DNA from: an uncultured Pseudomonadota bacterium
GTDB lineage: Bacteria; Desulfobacterota; Binatia; Binatales; Binataceae
Reading direction: 5' to 3'
Length of the DNA: 64,000 nt
Assembly (NCBI GenBank): GCA_963759165.1
Contig: CAVWXK010000002.1
Span: 320,231-384,230 of the forward strand
Under the pieces are notes generated by a model that had not been told where the DNA came from, did no database searches, and saw only the letters and a program-made list of their open reading frames with translations. Numbering within the stretch: position 1 is the first letter of the stretch; each line of letters starts with the position of its first letter. Shown here in pieces: positions 56,506-64,000 of this stretch. The translations under genes were made by a program, and so were the position numbers.

Positions 56506-57291
56506 CTACATGGGAAGGCCGAAGCGCTCCGCCAGCTTGCGGATCTCGGCCTTACGCGGACCATCCGGCGACATGGGCTCCTGGATAAGCCCCCGCCGCT
56601 TGAGCTTCTCCGTCACTGCCTGGTCCTCAGGGAATGGGACGCCGTACTGTCCCAGGAAGTTGTTCTCGCTCAAAGGACGCCGGGGACGCTGCCCGCCTGC
56701 CTTGGGGTCCTCGGCGGGGTAGCCGACCAGGAGCATCCACATTGGGAACCAGTGGTCGGGGACTTTGAGCACATCCTTGGCCACGTTCGCGTCGAAGGCG
56801 TGCAGGCCCGCCCCGAGCCCCTCCTCGAAGGCGGCCAGCAAAGCCTGGCAGATGGCCAAGCCGCACTCGACGGAAAGGAACCACATGTTGAGCGTCGGAT
56901 CGTTGGCGAACGCTCCGATGACGTTGCCCCAGATCACATCATCGACGTAGGCGTGTGACCAGCCATGGGTGGCGGGGAGGGCGCCCAGGTCGACCAGCTG
57001 CTTGAGACGCGTTTTCCCCTGGGCTGGGTATTTCATGTCGCCGTAAAAGAAAATCCACACGGGGGCGAGGTCCAGCGCCACGTTGGTGGTCGGCGTTTTC
57101 AGCCGCTGGCGGACATCGTCGCTGATCTCGTCACGATAGACGACGATGCTCTTGCAGAAGTCGACGTTGATTCCCCGAGACGACCGGTTGGCGGCCTCCA
57201 GGATGACCTGGATCTTCTCGGGCTCTACCGGTTTGTTGGGCTCGAAGAATCGGATCGTGCGCCGGTTTCCGAGCACTTGCATGAACTCCAT
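56506..57291 (-). CDS. Nitroreductase-family protein
   Basis: MEFMQVLGNRRTIRFFEPNKPVEPEKIQVILEAANRSS is a typical nitroreductase N-terminus. Later LAICQALLAAFEEGLGAG. GAGAGGA ribosome-binding site before ATG 57291. Confidence 0.7.
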   Translation of the reverse strand: MEFMQVLGNRRTIRFFEPNKPVEPEKIQVILEAANRSSRGINVDFCKSIVVYRDEISDDVRQRLKTPTTNVALDLAPVWIFFYGDMKYPAQGKTRLKQLVDLGALPATHGWSHAYVDDVIWGNVIGAFANDPTLNMWFLSVECGLAICQALLAAFEEGLGAGLHAFDANVAKDVLKVPDHWFPMWMLLVGYPAEDPKAGGQRPRRPLSENNFLGQYGVPFPEDQAVTEKLKRRGLIQEPMSPDGPRKAEIRKLAERFGLPM

Positions 57292-57451
57292 CGGTGTTCC
57301 TCTCGTGTTCGGGGAACCCACCGGCGAGAAGCCGAGAAGGCCCGTGCCGACAAGACCGCATCTAGCGCCGGTTCACGTTCCCGGTCAAGGTCCTAAACCC
57401 CTGCTCGAATCGTGGTGAAATCGGCGGTAAGCCGGGCGCAGGCCGCCGCGC

Positions 57452-57790
57452 CTACTCTTTGATGTTACGCCACCCGCGCCTGCCCCAACGCGCCTCAGCC
57501 TTGTTGCCGAGCGCGGCCTGGTTGTTGTTCTTGCTGTAGGCGTAGGGCAGGAACGCCTCGGCGTCGATGCGCGCGAGCGCCTGGCAGCTGCCGTAGATGT
57601 CGGCCTCGACGTAGGTCGCCCCGCGAGCACCTTCACGATCCGAATCTGGCCGAGCGCGTCGAGCACCGTGTTGGCAAGTTCCAGGGTAGCGATGCCGGTA
57701 TCGCTGAGAGTCGGTTTGGTCTTGAAGCCCGCTATGACGCCGACGAGCCGCGACGGAGCGCAGTCAATTCGAACTCTCCGGCGACCTTCG
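57452..57790 (-). pseudogene. Unidentified 3' gene remnant with an internal frame change, adjacent to the prophage left edge
   Basis: The minus strand reads ...IDCAPSRLVGVIAGFKTKPTLSDTGIATLELANTVLDALGQIRIVKVLAG, then after a 1-nt shift ATYVEADIYGSCQALARIDAEAFLPYAYSKNNNQAALGNKAEARWGRRGWRNIKE-stop. A stop codon lies upstream and there is no start. Family not recognised. Confidence 0.3.
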
Positions 57791-57981
57791 GCGGAAGTGG
57801 CGCAAATCAGGCGAATCTACATACGCCCCTGGCGTTCGAAATCTCCGCCGCGCAGGACTGGCTCCGTGCCGCGAATCGAGCAATGTGTGTGTCATTGGGC
57901 GGCAAATCGCCCGCCTCGAGGAGGACCACATATGAGCTTGAATGTCGACCTGAAGGTCGCGAAATATCGAGAGAAACGATT

Positions 57982-58461
57982 ATGAAGCGGCGGGCCCCGG
58001 CCATGGACCGTGAGGCGCTTGCCGCGGAAATCGCGGGCCTGTCGAAGATCGGTACTGAGGAACTCCGCCAGCGCTGGAAAACGATGTATGGGAAGGCGCC
58101 TTCCCGAGAAATCGGCCGGTCCTTTCTGACTCGCGCGATCGCCTACCGTCTCCAGAAGCGGGCTTACGGCGGACTCAAACCCTCAACCCGCCGACTGCTA
58201 GCCCGGGCCGCAGAAGGGACCGCGACTGCATCAGCGAAGAGACCCCAGACCCGAATGGCCCAATCGGGAACAATCCTGATTCGAGAGTGGCAAGGTGCCG
58301 CTCACCGGGTGACGATGCTCGACGACGGAGTGTCATTCAATGGGAAGCGCTACCGTTCGCTCTCGGAAGTAGCACGCGAGATAACGGGCAGCAGATGGTC
58401 AGGACCGCGATTCTTCGGGCTACGATCGCAGGCAATGGAGAATAACAATGGAACGGCCTAA
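57982..58461 (+). CDS. DUF2924-family protein (recombinase-associated)
   Basis: LRQRWKTMYGKAPSREIGRSFLTRAIAYRLQKRAYGGLK...LIREWQGAAHRVTMLDDGVSFNGKRYRSLSEVAREITGSRWSGPRFFGL matches DUF2924. Overlaps the recombinase start. Confidence 0.75.
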   Translation: MKRRAPAMDREALAAEIAGLSKIGTEELRQRWKTMYGKAPSREIGRSFLTRAIAYRLQKRAYGGLKPSTRRLLARAAEGTATASAKRPQTRMAQSGTILIREWQGAAHRVTMLDDGVSFNGKRYRSLSEVAREITGSRWSGPRFFGLRSQAMENNNGTA

Positions 58462-60136
58462 ATCACCAAATCGCCGCTGTGCGATCTACACACGCAAATC
58501 GTCCGAAGAGGGCCTCGAGCAGGACTTCAACTCGCTGCACGCGCGGCGCGAGGCGTGCGAAGCGTTCATCAAGAGCCAGACGGGCGAGGGCTGGCGGCTC
58601 ATCAAGACCGCCTACGATGATGGTGGCCTTTCGGGCGGGACGATGGAACGACCGGCTCTTCAGCGCCTGCTCGCTGATATCAGTCAAGGACTAGTTGATG
58701 TTGTTGTCGTATATAAGGTTGACCGCTTGACCCGCTCGCTGACCGACTTCGCCAAGATGGGCGAAGTGTTCGACGCACGGGGAGTTTCGTTCGTAGCAGT
58801 AACCCAACAGTTCAATACGACGACATCGCTGGGACGCCTGACGCTCAACGTCCTGCTGTCCTTCGCCCAGTTCGAGCGCGAGGTAACCGGTGAGAGGATC
58901 CGCGACAAGATCGCCGCCTCCAAGCAGAAGGGGATGTGGATGGGCGGTCTGGTCCCGATCGGCTACGACGTGATTGATCGCCGCCTTCAGGTCAATCAAA
59001 CGGAAGCCGAGACTGTACGAGAGATCTTCCGTCGATACCTGGAACTCGGGTCCGTCCGGCTTCTGATGGAGAATTTGAACCGCCGCGGCCTCCGCTCCAA
59101 AGTACGGGTGGCGAAGAACGGCAAACGATCGGGCGGGAACCTGTTCTTCCGAGGAGCGCTCTATGAACTGCTCTCAAATCCCATTTACATCGGCGAGATT
59201 CGCCACAAGGGTGTCCGCCACCCGGGGCTGCATGAGCCGATCGTGGATCGCGAGTTGTGGGACGGTACACAGCTGCTACTGCGAAGCCATGCGGCGCGGC
59301 GCACACCACGAGCAACGAAATCAGCCGCAAGTCCGCTTACGGGCAGGCTGTTCGACGAAAGCGGCCAGAGCCTGACGCCCACTCACGCGGTGAAGGGCGA
59401 GCGCAGATATCACTACTACGTATCACGCAGCCTGATAACGGGCACCGTGGATTCGGCCGCACGCGGGTGGCGCCTGCCAGCACCAGAGATCGAGCGTTGC
59501 GTCGCAGCTGCGACCTGCACGCCTTTAAGTGACCACGCGGCAATTGCGGAAGCCACTCACACCATCGGTCTTGCCGAGAGTCGGCTTCCGTCGATCTTCT
59601 CCGCCGCAGGAACCTGGATGAAACGCTTGCAATCGGAGGTTGAAGTCGGCGCTGCTTTAAAAGGCTTGGTTGATCGCGTGGATCTCCTCGATACAGGCAT
59701 TCGCGTTGCGCTCAAGCTGCCCAATTCCATCGCAGAGGAACAGCACAGTGCGAACGTCGCCGAACTGAATATCACGCGCGTCTTCCCGATGCAGATCAGA
59801 CGGCGCGGCTTCGAATTGCGTCTGGTTATCCAAGGCAGTCGCGCGTCAGCTCCACTGGCCGATCTCGCGCTCATGAAAGCGATCGCGCGGGGACGCCAAT
59901 GGGCGGACGATTTGCTTGCCGGTCGGATGGAATCAGTTGCCGTGATCGCCAAGCGCGAAGGGATTCTCCCGAACTACGTCCGGCGCCTGACTCGGTTGGC
60001 GTTTCTGGCTCCCCGGATTGTTGAGGCCATCTCTGCCGGTCAGCAGCCGCCGGAACTTACCGCGAAGGCTCTGACCGAACGCATCGAACTCCCGCTAATT
60101 TGGAGCGAGCAGGAACGAACGGTCGGAATCAGCTAG
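58448..60136 (+). CDS. Large serine recombinase (resolvase domain plus recombinase/zinc-ribbon domains)
   Basis: 562 aa. RCAIYTRKSSEEGLEQDFNSL (catalytic Ser context), VVVVYKVDRLTRSL, FAQFEREVTGERIRDK and YDVIDRRLQVNQTEAETVREIF. Confidence 0.9.
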   Translation: MERPKSPNRRCAIYTRKSSEEGLEQDFNSLHARREACEAFIKSQTGEGWRLIKTAYDDGGLSGGTMERPALQRLLADISQGLVDVVVVYKVDRLTRSLTDFAKMGEVFDARGVSFVAVTQQFNTTTSLGRLTLNVLLSFAQFEREVTGERIRDKIAASKQKGMWMGGLVPIGYDVIDRRLQVNQTEAETVREIFRRYLELGSVRLLMENLNRRGLRSKVRVAKNGKRSGGNLFFRGALYELLSNPIYIGEIRHKGVRHPGLHEPIVDRELWDGTQLLLRSHAARRTPRATKSAASPLTGRLFDESGQSLTPTHAVKGERRYHYYVSRSLITGTVDSAARGWRLPAPEIERCVAAATCTPLSDHAAIAEATHTIGLAESRLPSIFSAAGTWMKRLQSEVEVGAALKGLVDRVDLLDTGIRVALKLPNSIAEEQHSANVAELNITRVFPMQIRRRGFELRLVIQGSRASAPLADLALMKAIARGRQWADDLLAGRMESVAVIAKREGILPNYVRRLTRLAFLAPRIVEAISAGQQPPELTAKALTERIELPLIWSEQERTVGIS

Positions 60137-60309
60137 TCAGCGCAATCTCGAAACTTTCGTTTAGCTTCGTCCGTCGTCGCAACTCCCAAACGGTCGCGCC
60201 GAATTTGCCAACAGAGATTTTGGCCGCAAATTACGCGTCACCTGCCCGAAAGTGGTTTTCTCCGCTACCACATAGATGCAAATGGAGCCGCTGGCGCGGG
60301 CTATTCGGC
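59950..60309 (+). repeat. Direct repeat copy B (3' end of the intact recombinase gene plus downstream sequence)
   Basis: Colinear with 20941..21299; see copy A. Confidence 0.9.
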
Positions 60310-60377
60310 CATTGTAGCTTTGCAGATGGTTTGATCTATTGGATCGGTTGGTTTGATCGATCCACCAAGCCGCGCCA

Positions 60378-60758
60378 TTAGCCCATCTTAACTAACGACG
60401 GTGCGGCAGGCCCGGCACGTCGATGATCCTGCCTATTTATCGGAGATGAGAGCACCTGGCGCACCCAGCGTGCCGAACATCCGACAGTCCGCGCGATCTC
60501 CTGCGAACTGCGGCCCTCAAGGTTGAGCGCCTGGATGCGCTGGCGGCGCGACGCGCCCGAAGATGGCTCGCGCGTCGGAACGTCTATGCGCTCGCCGCCC
60601 AAGGCCGCCACAAGCGCCCGCATGGCTTCGATTCCGATTATCCGGGTAATTCGGCTGTCCTCGCGGGCTTCGACGGGAATCGAAAGCCGCGTGCCGCCGA
60701 ACGTCGCGATGAGCTGCCGGGCCGCCTCCATGCCTACCACGTCCGCCAGCAAGCCCAA
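60378..60758 (-). CDS. Phage-type helix-turn-helix regulator (Mor-like)
   Basis: QLIATFGGTRLSIPV...ALGGERIDVP...RSSQEIARTVGCSARWVRQVL has Mor-like FGG..l.IP repeats plus a C-terminal helix-turn-helix. Confidence 0.45.
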   Translation of the reverse strand: MGLLADVVGMEAARQLIATFGGTRLSIPVEAREDSRITRIIGIEAMRALVAALGGERIDVPTREPSSGASRRQRIQALNLEGRSSQEIARTVGCSARWVRQVLSSPINRQDHRRAGPAAPSLVKMG

Positions 60759-60774
60759 CCCCGCCTTTTCCCCT

Positions 60775-60990
60775 TCAACCCTTCGACGTTCCCCGGCGCG
60801 CTCTCGGACTGAGTGAGCCCGGTGGATGAAACACCGCCGGTTGCCCGCGGGCCGCGCGGGTGACGTGCCAGAGGCGAACTTCCTCGTTCTCCCGGCCGCC
60901 CGGCTCGCGAGCCCGCCGACACCACGGGCACACGTCGTCCGCCGGCGCGAAGCGCCCAGCGCAATCAGGACAGAGGCTATAGCCGCCCAC
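60775..60990 (-). CDS. Small CxxC...CxxC protein (hypothetical)
   Basis: 71 aa with SLCPDCAGRFAPADDVCPWCRR, located between the tape measure and regulator genes. Could be spurious. Confidence 0.3.
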   Translation of the reverse strand: MGGYSLCPDCAGRFAPADDVCPWCRRAREPGGRENEEVRLWHVTRAARGQPAVFHPPGSLSPRARRGTSKG

Positions 60991-60999
60991 CGCGAGATT

Positions 61000-62895
61000 T
61001 CACCACCTGACTCGCCCTCGCGTTTCTATCTCGCGCTCAACTATGTCAGCCAACGTGCGCGCGTGGCTCCTCAATTCCTTTTCGAGATCACCTCGCGACG
61101 CTGCACTGGCCGGGATGACTGGCGCATACGTGATGTTGATTACGATCGGGACTCCGCGCGAGGAGCCGCCCGGCATCGGCCCCGCCATCGCGCCGACAGC
61201 CGGCGCGATCATCATCGGCGCCGCGACCATCGTGACCGCCGCGACGCGGCGGATCGCGGCGAGCACCGGGGCCGGCTTGAAGGTCTCGGCAATCGTCTGA
61301 ATCAGATTGACCTGGCCGAGCTGATGCAGCGGCCCGAGCGGCGGCGGCGAATGGCCTTTAAAATGGCCCAAAATGGTGCTGCCGATCTTGCCCAGGACGG
61401 GGATTATGTGCGCCGTCAGGCCGAAGGTCATCCCGTTAGCGATGCCCATCAGGATGCTCGCGCCAAGACCTTTCCAATCGATCGATCCGAAATATTTCTT
61501 GATAGCGTCCCAGTGTTTATAAACTTCGTAGGCGGCAACCCCAAGCACGACGGCGCCGGCCACAATGGCCGCGATCCAGCCAAACCCGAAGGCAGCCGCA
61601 GCATCGTAGAGCCACTGCGCGGCGGTAAGCGCTTTCGTCGCGAGCTCCAATGACCGGATGGCGAAAACGCCAGCCTTCACGTAAGAGACCAAGCCGCTAA
61701 ACACACTCAACCCGGAGCCGAGCAGCTTAAGAGCCCAGCCTGCGGCAGCGATGCCCGTGACGGTCAGGCCTATGCTTCCGAGTGCGAACACGATTTTCCC
61801 GACCCATGGATACGCGTCGATTAGATGCCGAGTCGCCTCACTCACGCCCTTTAGTGCATCAATCACGTTGGTGAGTGTTTGGAGCATCGGCGTGCCGAGG
61901 CTGTTCTTCAAGGCCTCCCACGAGTGCGCGAGCAAGGTGACTTGCGCGCCAAAAGTAGCGGCTCGCGCGGCCTGCTCCGCCGAAAGCGCCGCGCCGTTGT
62001 CCTCGCGGATTGCCTGAGCAGCGCGCCGCATCTTTCCAACATTGTCGAGCAGCGGTAGAAGTTCCGCGCCCATGGCCTTATCGATGTGCATGTCGGCGAG
62101 CACACGTATTTTGCTCGCGGCATCCAGCCCTTCAGTTCGCGCGCGCACCTGCTCCAGGATGCCGAATAGCCCCTGACTGAGGTCGAGATTAGCGTTCTCG
62201 GCGATGTCCGGGAGCTTACTTACGATCGAGGCCATGAGCTGGGCGCCGCGGCCACCGGGCAAGAGCATCTGCGCCTCGCCGGCAATCGCGGTCAGATCGG
62301 CAAAATCCGAGTGCGCTATTTTTGCCGCCGACGACATCCGCGCGACGGCGTAGACTGTTTGCTGTGCCGAGTCACGCGACATCGCGAACTGGCGTTGGGC
62401 CGCAGCCATGACATTCACGACCTCGGTCGAGCCGACTGCTAGGTTTTCATGGGCCGAGGTTATGAGCTGGATTGTTTCGCTATAGGAAATCCCCGTTGCG
62501 TCAGAGAGGCGAAGCGCATCATCGGCGGCCTTCTGTGCGTCCGTGAAGTTGTGCAGGGTCTGATAAGCTTGGCGCCAGGCATCCGTATATTCCTCGGCCG
62601 AGGCGGAGAAGTGGACTGCCGCGAAATCCTCCGCGTGCCGCTTGAGCGCCTCCAACTGCTCGGACCCAATACCTGTCGCTGCGGCCACGTCGGCGATGGA
62701 TGACTGCATTGCCGCAGCCGCCTCCGTTACCTTATGCATACCCTCGGCGATCGCTGCGAAGGCGGCAGATTCGGCAACCGCGCTGGCCACTTCGCCGAGG
62801 GTTTTTGTGGTCTCGGCGACCTTTTGGATGCTGGCGCTGGCCTCGTCGATCGCCCGCAGGCGCATCGCAAAGTCGAGAAGCTTCTCAGTTGCCAT
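61000..62895 (-). CDS. Phage tail tape measure protein
   Basis: 631 aa with an Ala-rich helical N-terminal half and several Gly/Ala hydrophobic segments (GLTVTGIAAAGWALKLLGSGL, FGFGWIAAIVAGAVVLGVAAY). Located directly after the frameshifting chaperone pair. Confidence 0.8.
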   Translation of the reverse strand: MATEKLLDFAMRLRAIDEASASIQKVAETTKTLGEVASAVAESAAFAAIAEGMHKVTEAAAAMQSSIADVAAATGIGSEQLEALKRHAEDFAAVHFSASAEEYTDAWRQAYQTLHNFTDAQKAADDALRLSDATGISYSETIQLITSAHENLAVGSTEVVNVMAAAQRQFAMSRDSAQQTVYAVARMSSAAKIAHSDFADLTAIAGEAQMLLPGGRGAQLMASIVSKLPDIAENANLDLSQGLFGILEQVRARTEGLDAASKIRVLADMHIDKAMGAELLPLLDNVGKMRRAAQAIREDNGAALSAEQAARAATFGAQVTLLAHSWEALKNSLGTPMLQTLTNVIDALKGVSEATRHLIDAYPWVGKIVFALGSIGLTVTGIAAAGWALKLLGSGLSVFSGLVSYVKAGVFAIRSLELATKALTAAQWLYDAAAAFGFGWIAAIVAGAVVLGVAAYEVYKHWDAIKKYFGSIDWKGLGASILMGIANGMTFGLTAHIIPVLGKIGSTILGHFKGHSPPPLGPLHQLGQVNLIQTIAETFKPAPVLAAIRRVAAVTMVAAPMMIAPAVGAMAGPMPGGSSRGVPIVINITYAPVIPASAASRGDLEKELRSHARTLADIVEREIETRGRVRW

Positions 62896-62929
62896 TCCTA
62901 CCCTTCCCGTTCGTCTCCGTGCGAGAGCT

Positions 62930-63369
62930 TCACCCGGTTTGCTGCCGACTCGCTTCTTCGAGGCGGCGGTTGAACTCGGCGGCGCCGCGCACCCAGAACG
63001 CGATCTCCTCGAAGTCCATTGTCATCAGCTCTGCGGCTGAAAACCCGAAGTGAACTAGCCCCGCGAGGCTGCCGGCATCAAGGCCGGCCCCGGAAAATTT
63101 GGGGCGACTTCGGCCTGGAGCGCGAGCACGTCTGCCAGCTTCATCTCCTGCAGATCTTCCACCGCGATCGCCTTGCCGTCGATCTGGACAAGCCTGGCCA
63201 TCAGCGCGAACAGAAATAAGCTCGCGTCAGTAGCGGCCACAATCTGCGCGCGGCGCAAGTCGTCTCCGACCCCCTCGCGGATAGCGGCGGTCCTGCCGCT
63301 GGGAAGAGTGACTGTTTTGGCTCCCGCGAACGCGTCAGCCGCATCGGGAACTGTGATGTTGAGTGCCAT
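62930..63369 (-). CDS. Predicted GT-like -1 frameshift fusion of the tail assembly chaperone
   Basis: The -1 frame is open from the heptamer through ...SGAGLDAGSLAGLVHFGFSAAELMTMDFEEIAFWVRGAAEFNRRLEEASRQQTG-stop (TGA at 62930..62932), ending 35 nt before the tape measure ATG. Confidence 0.5.
63055..63369 (-). CDS. Tail assembly chaperone (G-like, zero-frame product)
   Basis: 104-aa ORF immediately upstream of the tape measure gene. The slippery heptamer lies 12 codons before its stop. Confidence 0.6.
   Translation of the reverse strand: MALNITVPDAADAFAGAKTVTLPSGRTAAIREGVGDDLRRAQIVAATDASLFLFALMARLVQIDGKAIAVEDLQEMKLADVLALQAEVAPNFPGPALMPAASRG
63094..63100 (-). promoter_or_regulatory. Candidate -1 programmed ribosomal frameshift heptamer A-AAT-TTT
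   Basis: On the minus strand the zero frame reads CCA AAT TTT CCG, so AAATTTT fits X-XXY-YYZ in the correct phase. Confidence 0.5.
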
Positions 63370-63535
63370 CTTTCCTCCTCTCTTCTTTATCCAAGCGCAA
63401 CGCGCGCTGTTCGTTTACAGACCAAGATCATGCGAGACGAAGCCGGGGAGACCGGCGGCTCGGGTGGACGACGTAGCCCCGAGCCCGCCGGCAGGTTATC
63501 GACCTCGCGGGTCCCGACTCCGCGCTCCCCGGCAA

Positions 63536-63799
63536 TCAACGAATGGCCATCTCATCCGCCTTGCGCACGACCTCCGCGCACTGAGCTAAGGCAGCCTCGT
63601 GGCTCTGCGTCTGCTTTTTAAGGGTGGCTTTTATATCCCGCAGTATGACAGCCAATTCTCCCTCTCCTTCCGCAGTGAGCTTCAGCTCGACAACCCGCGT
63701 GAGCATCTCGTCGAAAGCGCACAAGACTGCGGTGAGCTTTTGCAGCTCTGCCCGCGCCGCTTCGTACTCGTCCCGGTAGCCCGTCTTCGCGTCAGCCAT
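63536..63799 (-). CDS. Hypothetical phage protein (coiled-coil)
   Basis: MADAKTGYRDEYEAARAELQKLTAVL.... Its ATG overlaps the stop of the upstream partial ORF (AATGGCTGA), suggesting translational coupling. Confidence 0.4.
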   Translation of the reverse strand: MADAKTGYRDEYEAARAELQKLTAVLCAFDEMLTRVVELKLTAEGEGELAVILRDIKATLKKQTQSHEAALAQCAEVVRKADEMAIR

Positions 63800-64000
63800 T
63801 TTGCGCCGGACCTCCTGCGGTTCGATCCGCATACGGCGGGGCACTATCATCGAGCGCCTTCGCGATCAGCGCCCCGGCCTTGCCAAGCTCGCGCCAGGCG
63901 TCATCGCCCTCGGGCTCGGCCAGGAATTTATCGATCGCGTCGCGCGCCAGCTCCGCCAGTTCCGCCGCGTTTGCTCCCGCAGCCTCGCCGCCGGCGTCGG
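63792..64000 (-). CDS. Partial ORF running off the window end (phage, unknown function)
   Basis: Open minus-strand frame ...AELAELARDAIDKFLAEPEGDDAWRELGKAGALIAKALDDSAPPYADRTAGGPAQNG-stop. The 5' end lies outside the window. Confidence 0.3.
   Translation of the reverse strand, partial: DAGGEAAGANAAELAELARDAIDKFLAEPEGDDAWRELGKAGALIAKALDDSAPPYADRTAGGPAQNG

Noticed and set aside
57385-57666. Track ORF of 93 aa on the minus strand
   Set aside because: Only its first ~16 residues belong to a plausible frame. The rest is an Arg/Pro/Thr-rich out-of-frame read of the gene remnant described at 57452..57790.

Overview
GC-rich bacterial chromosomal segment that reads as an accessory mosaic heavily scarred by insertion sequences. 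No rRNA, tRNA or CRISPR array was recognised. Left to right: (1) An msrB stub cut by an IS. (2) A quinohemoprotein amine dehydrogenase (QHNDH) operon, qhpA-D-C-B-F-E, with a textbook QhpC core peptide. The position of the O2-dependent flavoprotein qhpG is occupied instead by a translationally coupled pair of U32 (UbiU/UbiV-like) Cys-rich proteins. I rate this the most interesting candidate system in the window. The operon is bracketed by copies of one rve-type IS family, and qhpD carries a frameshift. (3) IS debris, a DUF1722 stub and a frameshifted NmrA/DUF2867 gene. (4) A tetR-MFP-RND efflux operon with no outer-membrane gene. (5) A relic 3' end of a serine recombinase gene. It forms a ~360 bp direct repeat with the intact recombinase 39 kb to the right. 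(6) An Rrf2 regulator with an NDH-2-like oxidoreductase, Tn3 and IS5 debris, NnrS and DUF488. (7) A nitric-oxide stress island: nsrR, DUF2249-hemerythrin, a ClC channel, DUF2249 and qNOR, with two paralogous promoter modules each carrying an NsrR-type palindrome. (8) An acetolactate-synthase-like enzyme, then a radical SAM/SPASM plus ferredoxin block flanked by two copies of a ~50 bp palindromic element; a third, degenerate copy truncates the Tn3 fragment. (9) An acetone-carboxylase-like acxABC block with a cysteine-free gamma subunit. (10) SRAP, dinB and an aidB-like gene. (11) A nitroreductase. (12) A prophage remnant: DUF2924, a large serine recombinase, a Mor-like regulator, a tape measure protein and a tail chaperone pair with a candidate -1 frameshift site. 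Many genes are truncated, frameshifted or carry in-frame stops. Several of the frameshifts sit in homonucleotide runs, so assembly error must be excluded before calling them pseudogenes.
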